Shown here: in pieces, positions 59,517 through 64,000 of the stretch
Layout: each line of letters starts with the position of its first letter
Position numbering within the stretch: position 1 is the stretch's first letter
Assembly: GCA_964291415.2 (NCBI GenBank)
Contig: OZ219920.1
Coordinates: 800,001-864,000, forward strand
Direction: 5' to 3'
DNA from: Alphaproteobacteria bacterium
GTDB lineage: Bacteria; Pseudomonadota; Alphaproteobacteria; SP197
Length of the DNA stretch: 64,000 nucleotides
The notes under the pieces: model-generated
Databases searched by the model: none
The model's input: the letters and a program-made list of their open reading frames with translations, nothing else
What the model was told of the DNA's origin: nothing
Position numbers and translations under genes: made by a program

Positions 59517-60542
59517 TCAGGACCGTGTCACGAGGAAGGGGAGGATGAGGCAGACGGCGAGGAATCGCAGCAGTTGATGGCCGGCGACGAAGGCGGGGTC
59601 GAGACCCAGGGAAAGCGACAGGACCGTCATCATCTCGACACCGCCCGGAGCGAAGGCGAGCAGCACCTGCAGGAAGGGAAATGGCGTGATGCCGGCAACC
59701 ACCCAGGCCAGCGTTCCCGTGATGGCCACGGCCAGCACCACGCTTCCCAGCCCCGCCCTGACGCTTTCGAGCAGGTAGCGTGGCGACGTGTCGCGAAAGC
59801 GCGAGCCGATCGCCGCACCACTGACGACCAGTGCCGGCAGCATGAGTTCAAGGGGCAGGGATCCCCTGTCGAACCAGCCGGTCAGCGACAGACCGGCCGA
59901 CAGGCACATCGGGGCGAAGAATGCCGGTGCCGGGAGCCGCAGTCTTCGCGCGAGCGGAAACGCCGCAAACCCGGCGGCGACAAGGCCAAGGGCCACCGGC
60001 CACGACAGGGGCGGAACATCTCCTGATGTCTGGAGTGGTCCGGTGCCGTAGATGACCGCGAAGAGACCCGGCACCATCAGCAGCATGGTGCACAGACGCA
60101 GGATCTGCATGATGGCGACACGCCGGCTGTCGGCGCCGGTCTCGATGGCATGGAGGATGACGAAACCCATGGCGCCGGGCATGGCGCACATTCTCGCGGT
60201 CTTGCGGTCGATACCATGCAGGCGATGGAGCCAGGCCGGTATGACGGCGAGCATGATGGCGATGCCGACGATGAGGCCGGCGACGGATACCGGCCAATCC
60301 GGCAGGGACTCGAGTGTACGCCGGTCCACCGTGGTGCCGATCATGGTGCCGAGAATGACGAATGCGCCGTCGCGAAGTGACGCTGGCATGGCCACGGGAA
60401 CGCGAAGCACAGCGGCCGCGGCGACGGCGATCATGGGCCCGGCCAGCCAGCCTGCCGGAATGCCGGCGGTGCCGGCGACAACGCCTCCAGCCGTGGCGAT
60501 CGTCAAAGTCAGGGCGCACTCGCGCAGCCAGGTTGCGGTCAT
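59517..60542 (-). CDS. Membrane AbrB family protein (putative ammonia monooxygenase family)
   Basis: Duplicated membrane domain. Motifs GIPAGWLAGPM, PGAM, QILR, LLAFAPGGVEMM and FVAGHQLLR. Confidence 0.88.
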   Translation of the reverse strand: MTATWLRECALTLTIATAGGVVAGTAGIPAGWLAGPMIAVAAAAVLRVPVAMPASLRDGAFVILGTMIGTTVDRRTLESLPDWPVSVAGLIVGIAIMLAVIPAWLHRLHGIDRKTARMCAMPGAMGFVILHAIETGADSRRVAIMQILRLCTMLLMVPGLFAVIYGTGPLQTSGDVPPLSWPVALGLVAAGFAAFPLARRLRLPAPAFFAPMCLSAGLSLTGWFDRGSLPLELMLPALVVSGAAIGSRFRDTSPRYLLESVRAGLGSVVLAVAITGTLAWVVAGITPFPFLQVLLAFAPGGVEMMTVLSLSLGLDPAFVAGHQLLRFLAVCLILPFLVTRS

Positions 60543-61423
60543 GCCGGGCTTCCCTGTTTGCCACTGACGACGAGAGCGACACCGGCGACGGCAAGTGACA
60601 TGCCGGCAAGCGCCACCGCTCCCATGGTTTCACCCAGCACCAGCCACGCGATGAGGGCGGTGACCGGTGGCACGAGGAAGAAGAGGCTCGTGATGCGCGT
60701 TGCCTCGTGACGCCTGATCATGAGAGTGAGGAGCATGACCGACACAAGGGAGAGCAGCACCACGACCCACGCCAGTGCGGCGACAAACTGCCGGCTCCAT
60801 GTCACGTCCCAGCCCTCCAGCGATGCCAGCGGCAGGAAGATGACGGTCGCGGTGATGAACTGGACAAGCAGGCCCGGAAAGACATCCAGGGTCGGACAGA
60901 AGCGTTTCTGGTAGAGAGTGCCTGCCGTGATGCCCAGCAGCGAGCCCAGGCAGAAGATCATGCCGGCAACACTTCCCAGTCCCAGGGCGAGTTTGTGATC
61001 GACGACCAGCAACACGCCGATGACTCCAAGACCGAGGCCGAGCCACTGACGGCGGTGAAGGTTCTCGCCCAGCACGGGCCCGGCAAGCAGTGCGGTGAGG
61101 ACGGGCTGCAGGGACAGGATGAGGGCGGCGGTGCCGGCGCCGACTCCGGTCGACATCGCCATCCAGGCGCCACCGAAGTAGATGACCTGCATCATGAGAC
61201 CCAGGATCACCAGATGGGCCAACGCCCCAGGCGAGGCCGGCCAGACTGGCCGCAGCACGGGAAGAAGGCAGAGCATCAGAACCGAGACCAGGGAGAATCT
61301 CAGGAACAGGAAGGTGGCAGGCCCCGCTTCCTCAAGCCCCGCCCTGGCGGCAATGAACCCGGTACTCCACAGGAAGACGAAGAGCATCGGTCCGACAACG
61401 GAAAGATCGATGCGCTGTCTCAA
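60539..61423 (-). CDS. DMT/EamA family transporter
   Basis: Motifs FVFLWSTGFI, LQPVLTA, GTLYQKRF and SLFFLVPPVTA. Ten TM segments. Confidence 0.92.
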   Translation of the reverse strand: MRQRIDLSVVGPMLFVFLWSTGFIAARAGLEEAGPATFLFLRFSLVSVLMLCLLPVLRPVWPASPGALAHLVILGLMMQVIYFGGAWMAMSTGVGAGTAALILSLQPVLTALLAGPVLGENLHRRQWLGLGLGVIGVLLVVDHKLALGLGSVAGMIFCLGSLLGITAGTLYQKRFCPTLDVFPGLLVQFITATVIFLPLASLEGWDVTWSRQFVAALAWVVVLLSLVSVMLLTLMIRRHEATRITSLFFLVPPVTALIAWLVLGETMGAVALAGMSLAVAGVALVVSGKQGSPA

Positions 61424-61592
61424 GGGTCAGTGTCATCGACCGCGAAAAGCGGGATCATGGAAGAGGGAGCTGGCCTGGGGTCACGTCCGTCGTCGCATAG
61501 CACATCGGGTTCCCGCCGGCGACTCCGCCCCCTTGTTCCGCGCCGGGGAGACGATACGGTTCTCCCGGACGGTCACGCGGAGAACCCGGTCA

Positions 61593-62018
61593 ATGGTTGA
61601 GGAACGGCGTTTTGCAGGGGGGTGTCTTTGTGGCGGTGTCCGATTCGTGGTCACCGGAGACATGCGGGAGGTCGTCGCCTGTCACTGCGGCCAGTGCCAG
61701 AGATTTCACGGCAATTTCGCGGCCTACACCGCGTGTCCCTGGGAGAGTCTCGCCATCAGCGGTACACAGTTGCTGGCCTGGTATGAGTCATCGCCGTCGG
61801 CGAAACGGGGATTCTGCAGCAGGTGCGGATCGAGCCTCTTCTGGAAGCCATCCGCAGGTGGTTACGTTGCCGTGGCTGCCGGAGCACTCGATGATTCGCA
61901 GGATCTGAAGCTGGAACGCCACATCTTCACCGCCGACCGCCCTTCATGGTACGCCATCACCGATGATCTCGAGGCATTCCGGGGATCCATGAGCGATGTG
62001 GCGTCCGGGGCAGCATGA
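61593..62018 (+). CDS. GFA family (glutathione-dependent formaldehyde-activating/CENP-V-like) protein
   Basis: Motifs GGCLCGGVRF, CHCGQCQR and RGFCSRCGSSLFW. Confidence 0.92.
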   Translation: MVEERRFAGGCLCGGVRFVVTGDMREVVACHCGQCQRFHGNFAAYTACPWESLAISGTQLLAWYESSPSAKRGFCSRCGSSLFWKPSAGGYVAVAAGALDDSQDLKLERHIFTADRPSWYAITDDLEAFRGSMSDVASGAA

Positions 62019-62821
62019 TGGTGATTGCCAGCCTTCCCATGTACGACCTTGAACCGCTTCGCGATGCCACCGATGCGTGGTGGCGGGCACTGGCGCAGGC
62101 CTTTCGCGAACGTGGCCTCGACGATGTTCCGGTTCGTCTTGGCAGGGGCGATCGCCACGAACACTGGTCGTCCCGCGACCTTCTTCTTTCACAGACCTGC
62201 GGCTGGCCGCTGGTGAACGCCTTTGCCGGACACCTGCAGCTCCTTGCAACTCCCCTGTATGACGTTCCCTGTTGCCAGGGAAGCGACTACTGCAGCCTCA
62301 TCCTGGTGCGTGATGCGTCGCCGGCGGCGGAACTGGACGATCTGCGTGGTCTGCGTGCGGCGGTCAACGGCGCGGATTCCCATTCGGGCTACAACGCCCT
62401 GCGGGCCACCATCGCCCCCCTCGCGACCGCCGGGGCCTTCTTCGGCGAAGTCCGGGTGTCGGGAAGCCATCAGGGCTCCGTGGCGATGGTCGCGCAAGGA
62501 ACTGCCGACGTCTGCGCCGTCGACTGTGTTTCCTTTGCGCTCATGCAGGACACCATGCCCGATGCCACAAGCGGGGTGCGGGTTCTCGCCACCACCCGCA
62601 GCGCGCCGGCTCTTCCCTATGTCACCTCGGCGCATCGTGGTGACGACGAGGTGGAAACGCTGCGAGAAGGCCTGTTGGCCGCCGCATCGGATCCGGTCCT
62701 CGATGACGTGCGACGGCGCCTCCGGTTGAAGGGGTTCGCCATCCTGCCCCTGGAGGCCTATGACCGGATCGATGCCTTTGCCGCCCTGGCACGCGACCGT
62801 GGCTACCCCGAGGTCGCCTGA
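62015..62821 (+). CDS. PhnD/SsuA-type phosphate/phosphonate-binding-like protein
   Basis: Motifs IASLPMYD, LLLSQTCGWP, NGADSHSGYNAL, SGSH and ADVCAVDCV. Confidence 0.8.
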   Translation: MMVIASLPMYDLEPLRDATDAWWRALAQAFRERGLDDVPVRLGRGDRHEHWSSRDLLLSQTCGWPLVNAFAGHLQLLATPLYDVPCCQGSDYCSLILVRDASPAAELDDLRGLRAAVNGADSHSGYNALRATIAPLATAGAFFGEVRVSGSHQGSVAMVAQGTADVCAVDCVSFALMQDTMPDATSGVRVLATTRSAPALPYVTSAHRGDDEVETLREGLLAAASDPVLDDVRRRLRLKGFAILPLEAYDRIDAFAALARDRGYPEVA

Positions 62822-63044
62822 GACGCAGGAGCACTGCCGGCCGGCGCAGCACTCCGCGCGCCTGGCGCATCGATGATGAACGCCGGCATGGCGAGCGCGT
62901 TGCGGACCAGGACTCCGCGTGCCCGGGGCATCGATTGCGTGCGGGAGATCACCGTGCTGATCGGCGTTCGCGCTTGCACAAGGGCAACGTGTCAAACTAT
63001 ACAGAGCGCCGCCAACCTGTGCATGTCTGGTGGGATTGAAATCT

Positions 63045-63488
63045 GTGAAGCGCAAGAACGGATGCCCGGCCAAGGCCGTCAAGTTGCCCAAGGGCTACAA
63101 GCCCCTGGACACCGAACAGTTCATGAATGCGAGGCAGCGCGAGTACTTCCGCCGCAAGCTGGTGACATGGCGAGCACAGCTCCTCCATGACTCCTCGGAA
63201 ACGATACGCCATCTCCAGGAGGACACGGTGGCCCAGCCGGACGTTGCCGACCGTGCCACGGCGGAGGTCGACAGGGCGCTCGAACTGCGCACGCGCGACA
63301 GGGAACGCAAACTGATTTCCAAGATCGACGAAGCCCTGCGGCGGATTGAACAGGGGACCTATGGTTACTGTGAGGAAACGGGTGAGCCGATCGGTCTCAG
63401 ACGCCTCGAGGCCCGTCCCATCGCCACCTTCAGTCTCGAGGCACAGGAGCGCCACGAACGCCGCGAGCGCGTTCACCGGGACGATTGA
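63045..63488 (+). CDS. dksA: RNA polymerase-binding protein DksA (alphaproteobacterial one-Cys type; start uncertain)
   Basis: FMNARQREYFR, DVADRA (DxxDxA), ELRTRDRERKLI and YGYCEETGEPI..RLEARP. Confidence 0.95.
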   Translation: MKRKNGCPAKAVKLPKGYKPLDTEQFMNARQREYFRRKLVTWRAQLLHDSSETIRHLQEDTVAQPDVADRATAEVDRALELRTRDRERKLISKIDEALRRIEQGTYGYCEETGEPIGLRRLEARPIATFSLEAQERHERRERVHRDD

Positions 63489-63504
63489 GAGCGGATCACC
63501 GGTT

Positions 63505-63545
63505 GTTCACATAATGTTCTTGCGTTGAGAGAACAAACTGCGTAC
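63505..63545. promoter_or_regulatory. Two alphaproteobacterial LexA (SOS) boxes
   Basis: GTTC-ACATAAT-GTTC (63505-63519) and GAAC-AAACTGC-GTAC (63531-63545), upstream of recA. Confidence 0.88.
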
Positions 63546-63602
63546 ATTCCCGACTCGGATACCATGATGGTGTCGTGGACAACAGCAGACCGGGAGTGAA
63601 CG

Positions 63603-64000
63603 ATGGTGAGAAGTGGCCCACAACTTCAGGTGGTGGAAGGAACCGGTATGGACAGGAACAGGGCGCTCGAGGCAGCGGTAAGCCAGATCGACAAGGCCTT
63701 TGGCAAGGGCTCGATCATGCGCCTCGGACAGGACGGCCAGACCGTCGAAACGGAAGTGATCTCGTCGGGATCCGTGGGCCTTGATATCGCACTGGGTATC
63801 GGCGGGCTGCCACGGGGAAGGATTGTCGAGATCTACGGACCGGAAAGCTCCGGGAAGACGACGCTTGCCCTGCATGCCGTCGCCGAGGCCCAGAAGGCCG
63901 GTGGAATCGCCACCTTCATCGATGCCGAACACGCCCTTGATCCGACCTATGCGCGCAAGCTCGGCGTCAACACCGATGATCTCCTGATCTCGCAACCCGA
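63603..64000 (+). CDS. recA: Recombinase RecA (3'-partial)
   Basis: [39 protein letters not shown]...[20 protein letters not shown]...[10 protein letters not shown]. Runs off the window. Confidence 0.97.
   Translation, partial: MVRSGPQLQVVEGTGMDRNRALEAAVSQIDKAFGKGSIMRLGQDGQTVETEVISSGSVGLDIALGIGGLPRGRIVEIYGPESSGKTTLALHAVAEAQKAGGIATFIDAEHALDPTYARKLGVNTDDLLISQP

Noticed and set aside
63045-63488. DksA lacking the four-Cys zinc finger
   Set aside because: This is the known normal state for alphaproteobacterial DksA.

Overview
A GC-rich chromosomal segment from an alphaproteobacterium, probably Rhodospirillales-like. The placement rests on the pcm-tolC-popZ-valS and pdxH-17kDa-fabI-aroC gene orders, a one-Cys DksA, and GTTC-N7-GTTC LexA boxes before recA. 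Housekeeping genes (ccr, pdxH, fabI, aroC, moaA, tRNA-Cys, pcm, tolC, popZ, valS, dksA, recA) alternate with many catabolic modules. These modules are a LysR-controlled HpaB-type monooxygenase/RidA/DUF1028 operon, a P450/SDR operon, an MMPL transporter, hydantoinase A/B plus racemase, a 2OG-Fe(II) oxygenase, a CoA-transferase/enoyl-CoA hydratase pair, a peptide ABC transporter in front of soxBDAG, and two tandem M14 deacylases. Accessory DNA comprises four type II toxin-antitoxin loci (most damaged), a deletion-ridden tandem duplicate of a PIN toxin gene, two Fic-family genes, and a decayed ~4 kb island at the 3' end of tRNA-Cys. That island holds a truncated integrase, RhuM-Fic, HU, a phage-like gene and a PagP-like beta-barrel. 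Essential valS is frameshifted, so some indels here are probably long-read consensus errors. No CRISPR array, rRNA or intact IS was seen. The best candidates for undescribed biology are the HpaB/RidA/DUF1028 catabolic operon, a Ccr with Gln in place of the CO2-pocket Glu next to an uncharacterised winged-helix protein, and the tRNA-Cys island cargo. All functional claims come from motif recognition by eye; no database searches were run.
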